A stretch of 64,000 nt of DNA, from the NCBI GenBank assembly GCA_964291395.2, contig OZ219856.1, positions 1,792,001-1,856,000 on the forward strand, written 5' to 3'. The notes beneath the pieces were generated by a model. It did not search any database. It was not told the DNA's origin and was given only the letters and a program-made list of their open reading frames with translations. The stretch comes from Alphaproteobacteria bacterium. Lineage in GTDB: Bacteria; Pseudomonadota; Alphaproteobacteria; UBA2966. A program made the position numbers and the translations under genes. This document shows positions 53,151 to 62,829 of this stretch, piece after piece (position 1 is the stretch's first letter; each line of letters opens with the position of its first letter).

Positions 53151-54173
53151 ATGGCTTTCGTGAGAAACGCCTGGTATGTGGCCGGATGGAGCGGCGAATT
53201 CGAACACCGGCTGCACCGGGTAAAGATCCTCGATGAAGACCTGGTCATGTACCGTACCTCGACAGGTGAGGTCGCGGCGCTGAAGGACCGCTGCCCCCAC
53301 AAGCTATTGCCGCTCTCCAGGGGTCGGCTGATCGACGACCAGATCGAATGCGGCTATCACGGAACGACTTTCGGTGCCGACGGCAGATGCACGAGAATCC
53401 CCGGTCAGCCGCGGATTCCGCCCACGGCTTGCGTCCGCGCCTTTCCGATCCACGAACGTCACGGCATCGTCTGGGTATGGATGGGTGACGCGGACAAAGC
53501 GGACACGAGCACTGTATTCGATCTTCCCCAGATATCAGACCCGGCCTGGGACAGTCATCAAGGGGACGCGTTGCACATCAAGTCCAGCTACATAAACGTG
53601 GCGGAGAACCTGGTCGATCCGGCGCACGTGACCTACGTCCACCCGACCACGCTCGGCAGCGCGTCACATGCCAACGTGCCCGTGGAGTACAAGACCAAGG
53701 GCGATCCGATCCTGGCCTACCGTTGGATCCGCAATGCCCCGCCGATCCCGTTTTTCGCACAGTTCGATATGTTCGAGGGGAACGTCGACCGCTGGCAGTA
53801 CTTCTACCTTCACCTGCCGAGCACCGCGGTCGTCGATTTCGGCAGCGCCGACGCCGATCCGGACTCGACAGAAGATCGCAGACACGAGGGCGTCCGGATG
53901 TTCTCCCTGCACTTCCTGACGCCCGTCTCCGCGAACTATACGATCGACCGCTGGATGCACATCCGGAACACGAGGGTTGGAGACGAGGAATTCGCCCGCG
54001 CGCTGGACGAGTCCTTCCGCGTCGCCTTCGCAGAAGACAAGGACATCCTCGAGGCGGTGCAGGTCGAAGAGGAAAAGCCTCCGACCGGGTCCCGGATTCA
54101 GCTGTCCATCGACCAAGCCTGCATCGCCTACCGGGCGCGCATCGCCAAACTCGCCGAGGCCGAACAGCTCTGA
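53151..54173 (+). CDS. Rieske monooxygenase, VanA-like
   Basis: NAWYVAGW, DRCPHK..CGYHG, ENLVDPAHVTYVH, EDKDILE. Confidence 0.92.
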   Translation: MAFVRNAWYVAGWSGEFEHRLHRVKILDEDLVMYRTSTGEVAALKDRCPHKLLPLSRGRLIDDQIECGYHGTTFGADGRCTRIPGQPRIPPTACVRAFPIHERHGIVWVWMGDADKADTSTVFDLPQISDPAWDSHQGDALHIKSSYINVAENLVDPAHVTYVHPTTLGSASHANVPVEYKTKGDPILAYRWIRNAPPIPFFAQFDMFEGNVDRWQYFYLHLPSTAVVDFGSADADPDSTEDRRHEGVRMFSLHFLTPVSANYTIDRWMHIRNTRVGDEEFARALDESFRVAFAEDKDILEAVQVEEEKPPTGSRIQLSIDQACIAYRARIAKLAEAEQL

Positions 54174-54209
54174 CGTGACTGGATCGCAGCTTTCAGCAAG
54201 CGGCAGCGG

Positions 54210-55199
54210 TCACCGGTTGCGGGGCAGGATGCGGCGGATGGCGTTCCGCCGACCTTGCATGGTCTCACGATAGAACACGTAGAGGCCGCTGCCGACGATC
54301 AGCAACATGCCCGACATGGCGGCGAGATCGGGCCAGTCTCCCCACAGCACGGCACCCCAGAACAGCGCCAGGGGAAGCGCCGTGTACTCGAACGGCGCGA
54401 CGACGGCGGGCTGCGCCACCCGATAGGCCTGGGACAGCAGGTAAGCTCCGATGGAGATGAGGACTCCACATCCGAGAAGGAGCGCGATCTCCCAGCCGAC
54501 CGGCCAGAACCAGGCCCGCAGCAGGAAGTCGAGGCTCGGGTGATCCGATCCGGCAAAGCGGCCGTCACCGATCGCCAGTCCCACGGCGGCACTGACGATT
54601 ACGAACGCGAGGTGCACGTACAACGCCATCGACGACGCCCGATCGGTGGCTCCGAGCCTCCGGGTCACGATCTGAAGCAATGCGTAGGCGAGGGCCGCAG
54701 CTGCGGGAAACAGCGCCACGAGATCGACGGTCCCCTGACCCGGGCGAAGCATGACGATCATTCCCGCCATGCCCGTGAGGACGGCGGCCCATCGCCGCAA
54801 CCCGACCCGTTCCCCGAGGAGGGGTACGGACAGCGCCGTGATGAACAGCGGAGCCAGGAAAAAAATGGCGGTCGCCTCCGCCAGCGGCATGCTCGCCACC
54901 CCCATGAAGAAGCATATGTTCGCCGTGATGAGGAGAACGGACCGGGCCAGATGCAGCGCCGGCCGCCGTGTCTTCAGCAGGACGAAGCCGCCTTCGGCGT
55001 GCACGATCACCAGCGTGATCCCGACGGCCACGACCGACCGGACGAGCGTGATCTCGTGAAGCGGGAACGTGACGCTGAGCCACTTGATCAGGGCATCCTG
55101 AAGGGTCAGCGCAAGGATGCCGCCAAATATGCAGACGATTCCGAGCCGCACCCGATGTACGCCGGGCAGCGGCGCGGAGCGTGGAGCGTCATGGGACAT
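54210..55199 (-). CDS. DMT/EamA family transporter
   Basis: About 10 TM helices, PLFITALSVPLLGERVG, VAPFEYT. Confidence 0.9.
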   Translation of the reverse strand: MSHDAPRSAPLPGVHRVRLGIVCIFGGILALTLQDALIKWLSVTFPLHEITLVRSVVAVGITLVIVHAEGGFVLLKTRRPALHLARSVLLITANICFFMGVASMPLAEATAIFFLAPLFITALSVPLLGERVGLRRWAAVLTGMAGMIVMLRPGQGTVDLVALFPAAAALAYALLQIVTRRLGATDRASSMALYVHLAFVIVSAAVGLAIGDGRFAGSDHPSLDFLLRAWFWPVGWEIALLLGCGVLISIGAYLLSQAYRVAQPAVVAPFEYTALPLALFWGAVLWGDWPDLAAMSGMLLIVGSGLYVFYRETMQGRRNAIRRILPRNR

Positions 55200-55437
55200 G
55201 TGACTTCGACGGCCTGCCTGAAATTCGGCGGGGACTCGGTTCAGCGACGCCCGCTTCGAACCCAAACGTGCGCGGCGGTGGTGCGTCGTCTACACGATCC
55301 GGCGGACCATGGCTACGACGCGCTTGACAGGTCGCCGCGCTCGCGGGGGAAACGAGCAGACCAAAAGTCTGACGAAGACCCTATGCGTGGAGGCAATCGA
55401 CGACCTTCATTCGATGGAGACCGTTCCGGTCGCACGA

Positions 55438-56709
55438 TCAAGACAGCCGATTCACGGCGACCTCGCCCTCCTTGACCACCAGCTTGACGCGCTCCTTCTC
55501 CTGAAGACGCGAGATGTCTTCGAGCGGGTTGCCGTCGACGGCGATGACGTCGGCGATCTTACCGGTTTCGATGGTCCCCAGCCCGTCGAGCATGCCGAGC
55601 GCGTCCGCCGCATTCCGTGTCGTCGTCTGGATCGCCTCCATCTCCGTGAGACCCAGCGAAACGTAAATCGCCAGCTCCCTCGCATTGGAGCCGAACGTCG
55701 GATGCCAGCAGGTATCGGTGCCCATGGCGAACTTGACGCCGGCTTCGCGGTAGCGCTCGAAAGAGGAAAAGCAGTTGTCGGCGATCTCCTGGGCCTGAAC
55801 GAGGACGAACTCCTCGACTCCGCGGCGGCGGCGTTCCTCGATGACCGATTCCTCTCTGAGCGCGAGGGTCGGAACGTTGTAGAGCCCCGAGTCGGCCAGA
55901 CGTGAAACGGCTTCGTCGTCCACGTAGGTGCAGTGCTCGACCGTGTCCACGCCCGCGTCGAGGGCCATCTTGACCGACAGCGGCGTGTGACAGTGAGCGG
56001 CCACGGGCTTCTGGAAAGCGTGGGCTTCGTCGACGACGGCCTCGAGTTCCTCCTGGGTCAGATTGCGGTCCCACAAATCGTCGTGGCGATCGAAGGAGCA
56101 TTGTCCGCCGGACACGCACGTCTTGAGGAAATCGGCACCGTCGCGAAGGTTGCGGCGGGACGCACGGCGGATGTCCCAGGGCCCGTCGCCGTACCGCTCC
56201 GGATCTCGGGGGATGACCCGCGGCTGCATCCGGTCATGGTGGCTTCCGGTCGTCAGCACGAAACCACCGGCAATAAGCCGGGGACCGGGAAGCTTTCCCA
56301 CCGCGATGAAATCGCGCAACGCGCCCATTTCCTGCACGAAGTTCCGGCCGTGCGGTGTCACCCAATCCATATCGCGCAGCGTCGTAAAACCCGATTCGAG
56401 CAGGACCCGGGCGTTCTTGGCAGCATCGAGCAGCATCTCGGCCGGCGTGCGGATGACGTTGGCGAGTTCGATCTGGGCGTAATCGCCGTCGTTCGCCGAC
56501 GAGAGGTGGACGTGCAGGTCCATCATGCCCGGCATCAGGATGCAATCGCCGCAATCGATCACGCGGGCCCCGCCGGCGCGGCCATTGCCGCCCTTGCGGT
56601 CGACCCCGGTTATGCGTCCCTCCTCGATCAGGATCTCGGGATCGGAGACCGGTTCGCCGCCATTCCCGTCGATCAGCAAGCCGCCCCTCAAAATCAGCAT
56701 CTCCGGCAT
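55438..56709 (-). CDS. Amidohydrolase family protein (Xaa-Pro dipeptidase-like)
   Basis: PGMMDLHVH, GFTTLRD, LKTCVSGG, AAHCH, VEHC, MGTD. Confidence 0.9.
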   Translation of the reverse strand: MPEMLILRGGLLIDGNGGEPVSDPEILIEEGRITGVDRKGGNGRAGGARVIDCGDCILMPGMMDLHVHLSSANDGDYAQIELANVIRTPAEMLLDAAKNARVLLESGFTTLRDMDWVTPHGRNFVQEMGALRDFIAVGKLPGPRLIAGGFVLTTGSHHDRMQPRVIPRDPERYGDGPWDIRRASRRNLRDGADFLKTCVSGGQCSFDRHDDLWDRNLTQEELEAVVDEAHAFQKPVAAHCHTPLSVKMALDAGVDTVEHCTYVDDEAVSRLADSGLYNVPTLALREESVIEERRRRGVEEFVLVQAQEIADNCFSSFERYREAGVKFAMGTDTCWHPTFGSNARELAIYVSLGLTEMEAIQTTTRNAADALGMLDGLGTIETGKIADVIAVDGNPLEDISRLQEKERVKLVVKEGEVAVNRLS

Positions 56710-56889
56710 CGTCCTCCCCTCCACCTCGTAGCCGTCACGGAGCTCATGATAGGCGGACCGGTACGCGGGACAAAGCGTGACAAGGCGTGATGAGGCGTGA
56801 CAAGGCGGGCAAGATCGCCCACCGAGGCGCGGCCGTGTATAGTGTCCGCCGCGGGCACCGGCCCGGCGCCCAGAGCAGGAGGCGACCCG

Positions 56890-57672
56890 ATGAGCGACGC
56901 GGCGGTTTCACGGAAACGGGACGTCATGGATCGGACGGCGGAGCAGTACGCCGCGCAAAGCCGGGATCCGGGATGGACGCCGACCCAGAAGCTCGCGCTC
57001 GCGTGCCGCATACTGGCGCGCGAAGGGCATGGCGCGGGTCTGGCGGGACAGATGACCGCGCGGGGCGGCCCGCCCGGCACGATGTGGACGCATCCCTACG
57101 GGCTCGGGTTCGATGAGCTCAAGGCCAGCGACTACATGCTTGTCGACGACGACCTGAACGTCCTCGAAGGCGACGGCACACCCAATCCGGCGAACCGTTT
57201 CCACCTCCACGTTTACAAGGTGCGACCCGACGTCCAGGCCATCGTTCACACGCATCCTCCCCATATCTCGGCCCTTTCGATGATCGGCGAGGAACTGGCC
57301 GTGTCGCACATGGACACCTCGATCTTCTACGAGGATTGCGCGTTCCTGCCCGATTGGCCCGGCGTGCCTTTCGGAGACGACGAGGGGGAATTGATCGCCG
57401 GCGCCCTCGGGGACAAGCGGGCGGTGCTGCTCGCCCACCACGGGCAGCTGTGCGCCGGGCGTTCCATCGAGGAAGCCACGGTGCTGGGCGTCACGATCGA
57501 GCACGCGGCCAAACTCCAGTTGCTGGCACGCGGCGCGGGCGGGATCAGGCCGATCGTTCCCGAGTTGGGACGCGAAGCCCATGACTGGAGATTGCGGCCG
57601 GAACAGATCGCTCTCAACTTCCAGTACCATGCGCGACGGGCGCTGAGGGACGGCGACGACTGCTTGAACTAA
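56890..57672 (+). CDS. Class II aldolase/adducin family protein
   Basis: NPANRFHLHVY..RPDV.AIVHTHP, LLAHHG. Confidence 0.9.
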   Translation: MSDAAVSRKRDVMDRTAEQYAAQSRDPGWTPTQKLALACRILAREGHGAGLAGQMTARGGPPGTMWTHPYGLGFDELKASDYMLVDDDLNVLEGDGTPNPANRFHLHVYKVRPDVQAIVHTHPPHISALSMIGEELAVSHMDTSIFYEDCAFLPDWPGVPFGDDEGELIAGALGDKRAVLLAHHGQLCAGRSIEEATVLGVTIEHAAKLQLLARGAGGIRPIVPELGREAHDWRLRPEQIALNFQYHARRALRDGDDCLN

Positions 57673-57684
57673 ATCATCAACGGT

Positions 57685-58608
57685 TCAGCCGTCCGACGCC
57701 GATCCCTCCTTGTGGCGGTCCTTCTCCGCGATTGCGGCGGCACGCGCCAGCAGGCGCCGGGCTCGCTCGACGACCGGCACATCGACCATCTTGCCGTCGA
57801 CGGTGACGGCGCCGAGGCCTCGCCGCTCGGCCTCTTCGTACGCCGCCATGATCTTCCCGGCGTCGGCGACCTCGTCGACCGTCGGTGTCAATTCCGCGTT
57901 GAGAACGGGAACGCCGGACGGATGCACGCAGGCCGCGCCTTCGAAACCGAATCGCTTGGCGCGGCGCACCGTTTCCGCGAAGGCATCCGTGTCGGCGTAG
58001 TCCGCCACCGTACCGATGAATCCGAGCGGCACGATACCGGCGGCGCGGGCCGCGAACTGAATGGTCTGCTTGGGGACGTACAGGGTGTCGGCATCGGGTG
58101 CCATACCAGCTTCCAACGCGAAGTCCTCCGAGCCCAATCCCATGGCGACGACGCGGGGGTCCGCCCGGGCGATCTCCTCGGCACGGAAATAGGCGGCGGG
58201 ACTTTCCACGACGGCGACGAGTTTCGTCGATCCGGCGTCGCGTTGCTGCTCGTGCTCTACTTCGGAGACCACCTCGGCCAGCATCCGGACGTGCTCCGGC
58301 GACTCGACTTTCGAAAGCCACAACGCGTCGGCCCCCGCGCGAACGGCCCCTTCGATATCAGCCAGCGCCATGCGCAGCGGCCGATTGATGCGTACGAGGA
58401 CGTCAGCCCCTCCCCGGCCCGACGTTGCCACGGACCGCCGAAGCGCCCCCCGTGCGGCCGCCTTCTCCGCCAACGGCACGCTGTCCTCCAGATCGAGGAT
58501 GATCGCGTCGGCGCCGCGCGTATGCGCCCCGTCGACGAAACGCCGATTGTTGGCCGGCACGTACAGCAGGGACCGCCAGACGGGTGCCTCGTCGACCATC
58601 ACAGACAT
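57685..58608 (-). CDS. CitE/HpcH family CoA-ester lyase
   Basis: RSLLYVPA, ADAIILDLEDSV, GSED, CVHP, DGKMVD.P. Confidence 0.92.
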   Translation of the reverse strand: MSVMVDEAPVWRSLLYVPANNRRFVDGAHTRGADAIILDLEDSVPLAEKAAARGALRRSVATSGRGGADVLVRINRPLRMALADIEGAVRAGADALWLSKVESPEHVRMLAEVVSEVEHEQQRDAGSTKLVAVVESPAAYFRAEEIARADPRVVAMGLGSEDFALEAGMAPDADTLYVPKQTIQFAARAAGIVPLGFIGTVADYADTDAFAETVRRAKRFGFEGAACVHPSGVPVLNAELTPTVDEVADAGKIMAAYEEAERRGLGAVTVDGKMVDVPVVERARRLLARAAAIAEKDRHKEGSASDG

Positions 58609-59861
58609 CCGTCTTCCGCCAGCGCTTCAATGTCTTCGGACGTGTAGCCAAGGGATTCCAGGATTTCGACGTTGTGTTCGCCGAGATCGGGCGCCGGTCG
58701 GGTGAATCCTCCCGGAGTCTCCGAAAGCCGGGCGACGATGTTGTGCACGGGCAGCGACCCCAGATCGTCGTCCGGCGTCTCGACCAGGATCTCCCGCTCG
58801 ATGAAGTGTGCGTCCCGCATGATGTCACCGATGTCGTTGACCGGTGCAACGGTTGCGCCGGCCTCGCGAAAGACGGCCAGACATTCGTTCCGGTCCCGCG
58901 CAGCGATCCATCCGCCAATCACCTCGTCGATCTCGTCCCGGTGATTGAGACGCGCCTCGTTTGTGGCGAAGCGCGGATCGTCGATCATGTCGGCCCTGCC
59001 GATCGCGGCGAATATGCGGGCGGCCAGCGGTTGCGTGGAGCCCGACATCGCAAGCCATTTACCATCCCTGGTCCGATAGACGTTTCTTGGCGCCGCCGTG
59101 TTCGACCGGCTGCCAACCCGTTCACGTACCTTGCCGGTGACCCGGTGCCACGCCGCTTCAGGCCCCAAGATCGAGAAGATGGGCTCCAGCAACGAAAGGT
59201 CGATAATCTGACCCCGGCAGACGCCATGCTCACGGGATCGAACGGCGATCAGTGTCGCCATCGCGCCATACAACCCCGTCACCATGTCCGCCATGTGGAT
59301 GGGGGGCAACACCGGTTCGCGATCGGCAAACCCGTTCCGGTAGGCGAATCCCGACATCGCTTCCACAAGCGTGCCGAAACCGGGTCGCTCACGATAAGGG
59401 CCGGTCTGACCGAAGCCGGACACCCGCACCACGATAAGGTCGGGATTCCTCTCCATCAGGACGTCCGGACCCAAGCCCATCTTTTCGAGAGTGCCGGGAC
59501 GGTAGTTCTCGAGAAAGACATCCGCGGTCGCCAACAGCTCGAGCAAAACCTCCCTGGCTGCATCGGTTCGGAGATCGAGCGTCAGGCTCTTCTTGTTGCG
59601 GCCGTATACCTTCCACGACAACGAATGTCCTTCGACTAGCCAGGCCCTGAGGGGATCTCCGGTCCCGGGTGATTCGACCTTGATCACGTCCGCCCCATAG
59701 TCCGCGAGTTGGAGGCTGATCATGTTGCCGGCGAGCACGCGCGAGAGATCGATCACCCGCAGTCCTTTCAACGGGCCACTGAATTCCGAGTCGAACGCGA
59801 CATGCCGGATCGCCTGCGGCGGTGCCTGGTCCGCTTCCGGACGCTTCTCAACGGCGGTCAT
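58599..59861 (-). CDS. Class III CoA transferase (CaiB/BaiF)
   Basis: LAGNMISLQLADYGADVIKVE, RNKKS, ENYRPG, GFGTLVEAMSG. Confidence 0.93.
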   Translation of the reverse strand: MTAVEKRPEADQAPPQAIRHVAFDSEFSGPLKGLRVIDLSRVLAGNMISLQLADYGADVIKVESPGTGDPLRAWLVEGHSLSWKVYGRNKKSLTLDLRTDAAREVLLELLATADVFLENYRPGTLEKMGLGPDVLMERNPDLIVVRVSGFGQTGPYRERPGFGTLVEAMSGFAYRNGFADREPVLPPIHMADMVTGLYGAMATLIAVRSREHGVCRGQIIDLSLLEPIFSILGPEAAWHRVTGKVRERVGSRSNTAAPRNVYRTRDGKWLAMSGSTQPLAARIFAAIGRADMIDDPRFATNEARLNHRDEIDEVIGGWIAARDRNECLAVFREAGATVAPVNDIGDIMRDAHFIEREILVETPDDDLGSLPVHNIVARLSETPGGFTRPAPDLGEHNVEILESLGYTSEDIEALAEDGCL

Positions 59862-59962
59862 CACGGTGCCCCCAAATCCCAAACTGCATTGGGACAGCGT
59901 AGATGGGGCGCTTTGCATGCAGCAAGTGAACTCGAATCGGTCGGAGGCCCGTTCTGCGACCC

Positions 59963-61372
59963 TCAAGCGCCGTCGACCTCGGGTAGCGTGACCGTCGCCC
60001 TCAATCCGCCCTCCTCGCGGTTCTCCAGTCGAATGTCGCCGCCGTGACCACGGACGATGGTCCGTGCGATGGCAAGGCCCAACCCCGTACCTCCCGTGTC
60101 GCGGCCCCGCGACTCGTCAAGCCGAACGAAAGGCTCGAACACCCGCTCCAGATCGGCTTCCGGGACACCGGGCCCTTCGTCCTCGATGACGATGCGTAGC
60201 TGCGCATCATCTCGGGTGATCCGCACTTTCGCGCGGACTCCATAGGTACCCGCGTTCTCCAGCAGGTTGCGAAAGGCGCGGCGCAAGGCCACGGGCCGGC
60301 AGGCAATCAAGACCTGGTCGGATTCCAGCACCGAAATTTCATGCCCGAGGTCCGCAAGGTCGGCGGCCACGCTGTCGATCAACGCATAAAGGTCAACCGT
60401 CCGCGTCCCTTCCTGCCGCATGTCCTCTCGGATGAATGCGAGGGTGTCCTCCGTCATCCGTTGCATCTCGTCCAATGCGGCGATGATCTTCGTCCGCGTT
60501 TCCTCGTCCTCGACGAATTCGGCGTGAAGCCGGAGGCTCGTGATCGGAGTCCGAAGGTCGTGCGATATCGCCGCAAGCATGGCCGTACGATCGCGCACGA
60601 AGCGATCGAGCCGTGCACGCATGAGGTTGAAGGCGCGGACGGTACTTCGGGTTTCCAGGGGGCCGGCTTCGGGCAGATCGTCCACCTCTTCACCCCGGCC
60701 AAGCCGATCGGCAGCCGTCGCGAGGCTTCGCATGGGCTTCGAGATACGCCGCCCCATCAGAACGGCCACGATGGCGACGCCGAGAGCCGAAAGCAGAAAC
60801 GAAAGCACGAACGTCCGGCCCCACGGCGGTGCACCCGGCGGCGGTCCAACGGCGACGTTCAGCCAGCGCCCATCCGGCATGGCCACAGACGCCACGAACC
60901 AGTGGTGCCGCCAGCGCCTTGGACCGTGATAATGATCGCGGGTCTCATCGCGGTCGTGGTCGGCGGACCGCCAACGCCCCTCCGAGCCGTCGTCTCGCCG
61001 GTATCGCTTCCACAGCGGCGCCACCCTGACCCGCTCCCGCCCGACACCGAGCGCGATGGAGAGATCGTACGCGATGGCCGTTACCCGTTTGCCGGCTCCG
61101 ATTTCGCCGACCAAGGGCTCCCGGGTCAACGAGAACTGCACGAAATCGGTGCTTGCCGCAGCGACGACGGCTCCATGAAGCGCGCGCGGCGTGTCCTGAA
61201 GCAGTTGCGCCACGGTCCCCACGCGCAATATCACGTTGTCCCGGTGCGCATGGCGTACCGCCGCGATGCGCTCGCCGGCGAAGAGAAATACGGCAACGCC
61301 TTGCGCGATGACGAGGGCAAACAGCAACAGCAGCGTGAGCCGGCCCGCGAGGCTTTTGGGCACCAGCTTCAT
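59963..61372 (-). CDS. Sensor histidine kinase (HAMP-HisKA-HATPase)
   Basis: Two TM segments, SHDLRTP, NLLENA, DEGPG, GTGLGL. Confidence 0.95.
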   Translation of the reverse strand: MKLVPKSLAGRLTLLLLFALVIAQGVAVFLFAGERIAAVRHAHRDNVILRVGTVAQLLQDTPRALHGAVVAAASTDFVQFSLTREPLVGEIGAGKRVTAIAYDLSIALGVGRERVRVAPLWKRYRRDDGSEGRWRSADHDRDETRDHYHGPRRWRHHWFVASVAMPDGRWLNVAVGPPPGAPPWGRTFVLSFLLSALGVAIVAVLMGRRISKPMRSLATAADRLGRGEEVDDLPEAGPLETRSTVRAFNLMRARLDRFVRDRTAMLAAISHDLRTPITSLRLHAEFVEDEETRTKIIAALDEMQRMTEDTLAFIREDMRQEGTRTVDLYALIDSVAADLADLGHEISVLESDQVLIACRPVALRRAFRNLLENAGTYGVRAKVRITRDDAQLRIVIEDEGPGVPEADLERVFEPFVRLDESRGRDTGGTGLGLAIARTIVRGHGGDIRLENREEGGLRATVTLPEVDGA

Positions 61373-62088
61373 TCACGCTCCACTTTGCCCGTGAACCGAT
61401 AGCCGCCACCCCAGACGGTGGTGATGAGCTTCGGACTCCTCGGGTCTCGCTCGATTTTTCGGCGCAACCGGCTTACCTGGTTATCGACGGCACGGTCGAA
61501 CGGAGCGGCGCGCCGGCCTCGTGTCAGATCGAGAAGCTGATCCCGGGAGAGCACCATCCCGGGACGCTCCAGCAACACCACGAGCAGCCGGAATTCCCCC
61601 GTCGAGAGGGGCGTGACGACACCGGCCTCGTCCACCAGTTCGCGCCTGCTCGTGTCCAGCGACCAGCGATCGAAGCGGTACGCACCCGCCGAACGGGGTT
61701 CGCGGTCGGGTGGCAGGCTTTGCGTGCGCCGTATCACCGCTTTGATGCGGGCCAGCAGTTCCCGGGGATTGAACGGCTTGGTGACATAGTCGTCAGCCCC
61801 TACCTCCAGACCCACGATCCTGTCCGTGTCCTCCGCCATGGCGGTCAACAGGATGACCGGAATCCGCGTCGTTTCCCGCAAATGCCGGCAGAGCTGAAGA
61901 CCGTCCTCACCCGGCATCATGATGTCGAGGACGACGAGGTCGACGGCCGCTTTCCGCAGCGCCCGTCGTGCGGCGGCGCTGCTGTCGACAGCGGTAACGC
62001 GCACATCGTGCTTTTCCAGATACCGCGCCAACGGCTCGCGAATATCCCGGTGGTCATCGACCACGAGAACGTGCGGAGATGTTTCCAT
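61369..62088 (-). CDS. OmpR-family response regulator
   Basis: VVDD, LDIMMPGEDG, KPF, DRAVDNQVSRLRRKIE, TVWGGGY. Confidence 0.95.
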   Translation of the reverse strand: METSPHVLVVDDHRDIREPLARYLEKHDVRVTAVDSSAAARRALRKAAVDLVVLDIMMPGEDGLQLCRHLRETTRIPVILLTAMAEDTDRIVGLEVGADDYVTKPFNPRELLARIKAVIRRTQSLPPDREPRSAGAYRFDRWSLDTSRRELVDEAGVVTPLSTGEFRLLVVLLERPGMVLSRDQLLDLTRGRRAAPFDRAVDNQVSRLRRKIERDPRSPKLITTVWGGGYRFTGKVERE

Positions 62089-62258
62089 ACGCAACAGCTA
62101 ATGCGGCATTTCGCGGGACGCAGGGAAAAAAGTGTAACAAAGTTTGTCATGTCGTCCCTCGGCCAACGCTCGCGACGCACCGGCCGCGCCGGCGTCAAGG
62201 TTTTGCGACATCCGTCTCCTATATGCCGTTCATCAACATCCGATGCAGGAGTGGACCG

Positions 62259-62759
62259 ATGAGAACAAGGACGAAGACATTGATCGGAATCGGCGTCGCC
62301 GCGGTGATCGGCGGGATCGCGCTCGCAGGGGTGAGCTACGCCGACCGCGGCTTCCGCGGTCATCATGGGCATGGCATGGGTTTCCTCGCCAAGGGGCAAT
62401 TCGGGCTGATGGCCATGGAGATGTTCGACGCCATCGATGTGGATGGCGACGGGAAGCTCACACAGGCCGAGATCGACGAGGTGCGGAACAGCCGCCACGC
62501 CGCGCACGACGCGGATGGCGACGGCACTCTCGGCCTCGACGAGTTTGCGGGCCTCTGGCACGAAACCACGCGGCCGATCACCGTGCGCGCTTTTCAGATG
62601 CTGGACACCGATGGCGACGCGGTCATCACGCGTTCCGAGTACGACCGACCGCTCGCCAATATCGTCGAACGGCTGGACCGCAACGGAGACGGCGGTCTCT
62701 CCCTGAGCGACCGGTGGCGCCACCGTCACGGCGGCGGCAAGCGCGACAACCGCGACTAG
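62259..62759 (+). CDS. Secreted EF-hand protein with four loops
   Basis: AGGAG RBS, signal peptide, loops DVDGDGKLTQAE, DADGDGTLGLDE, DTDGDAVITRSE and DRNGDGGLSLSD. Confidence 0.88.
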   Translation: MRTRTKTLIGIGVAAVIGGIALAGVSYADRGFRGHHGHGMGFLAKGQFGLMAMEMFDAIDVDGDGKLTQAEIDEVRNSRHAAHDADGDGTLGLDEFAGLWHETTRPITVRAFQMLDTDGDAVITRSEYDRPLANIVERLDRNGDGGLSLSDRWRHRHGGGKRDNRD

Positions 62760-62769
62760 GCTCGGTGCG

Positions 62770-62820
62770 CCGGCATCTCGGCCGGAGTCCGTTCCTCGCG
62801 GGACTCCGCCGAGATGCCGG
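62770..62820. terminator. Long GC-rich hairpin between convergent genes
   Basis: CCGGCATCTCGG(C)CGGAGTCC ... GGACTCCGCCGAGATGCCGG, a 20-bp stem with one bulge. Confidence 0.6.
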
Positions 62821-62829
62821 GGAGATTTC

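Noticed and set aside
62259-62759. Possible lanmodulin
   Set aside because: The EF loops lack the position-2 proline (D-P-D-x-D-G) typical of lanmodulin, and no lanthanide or methylotrophy genes are nearby.
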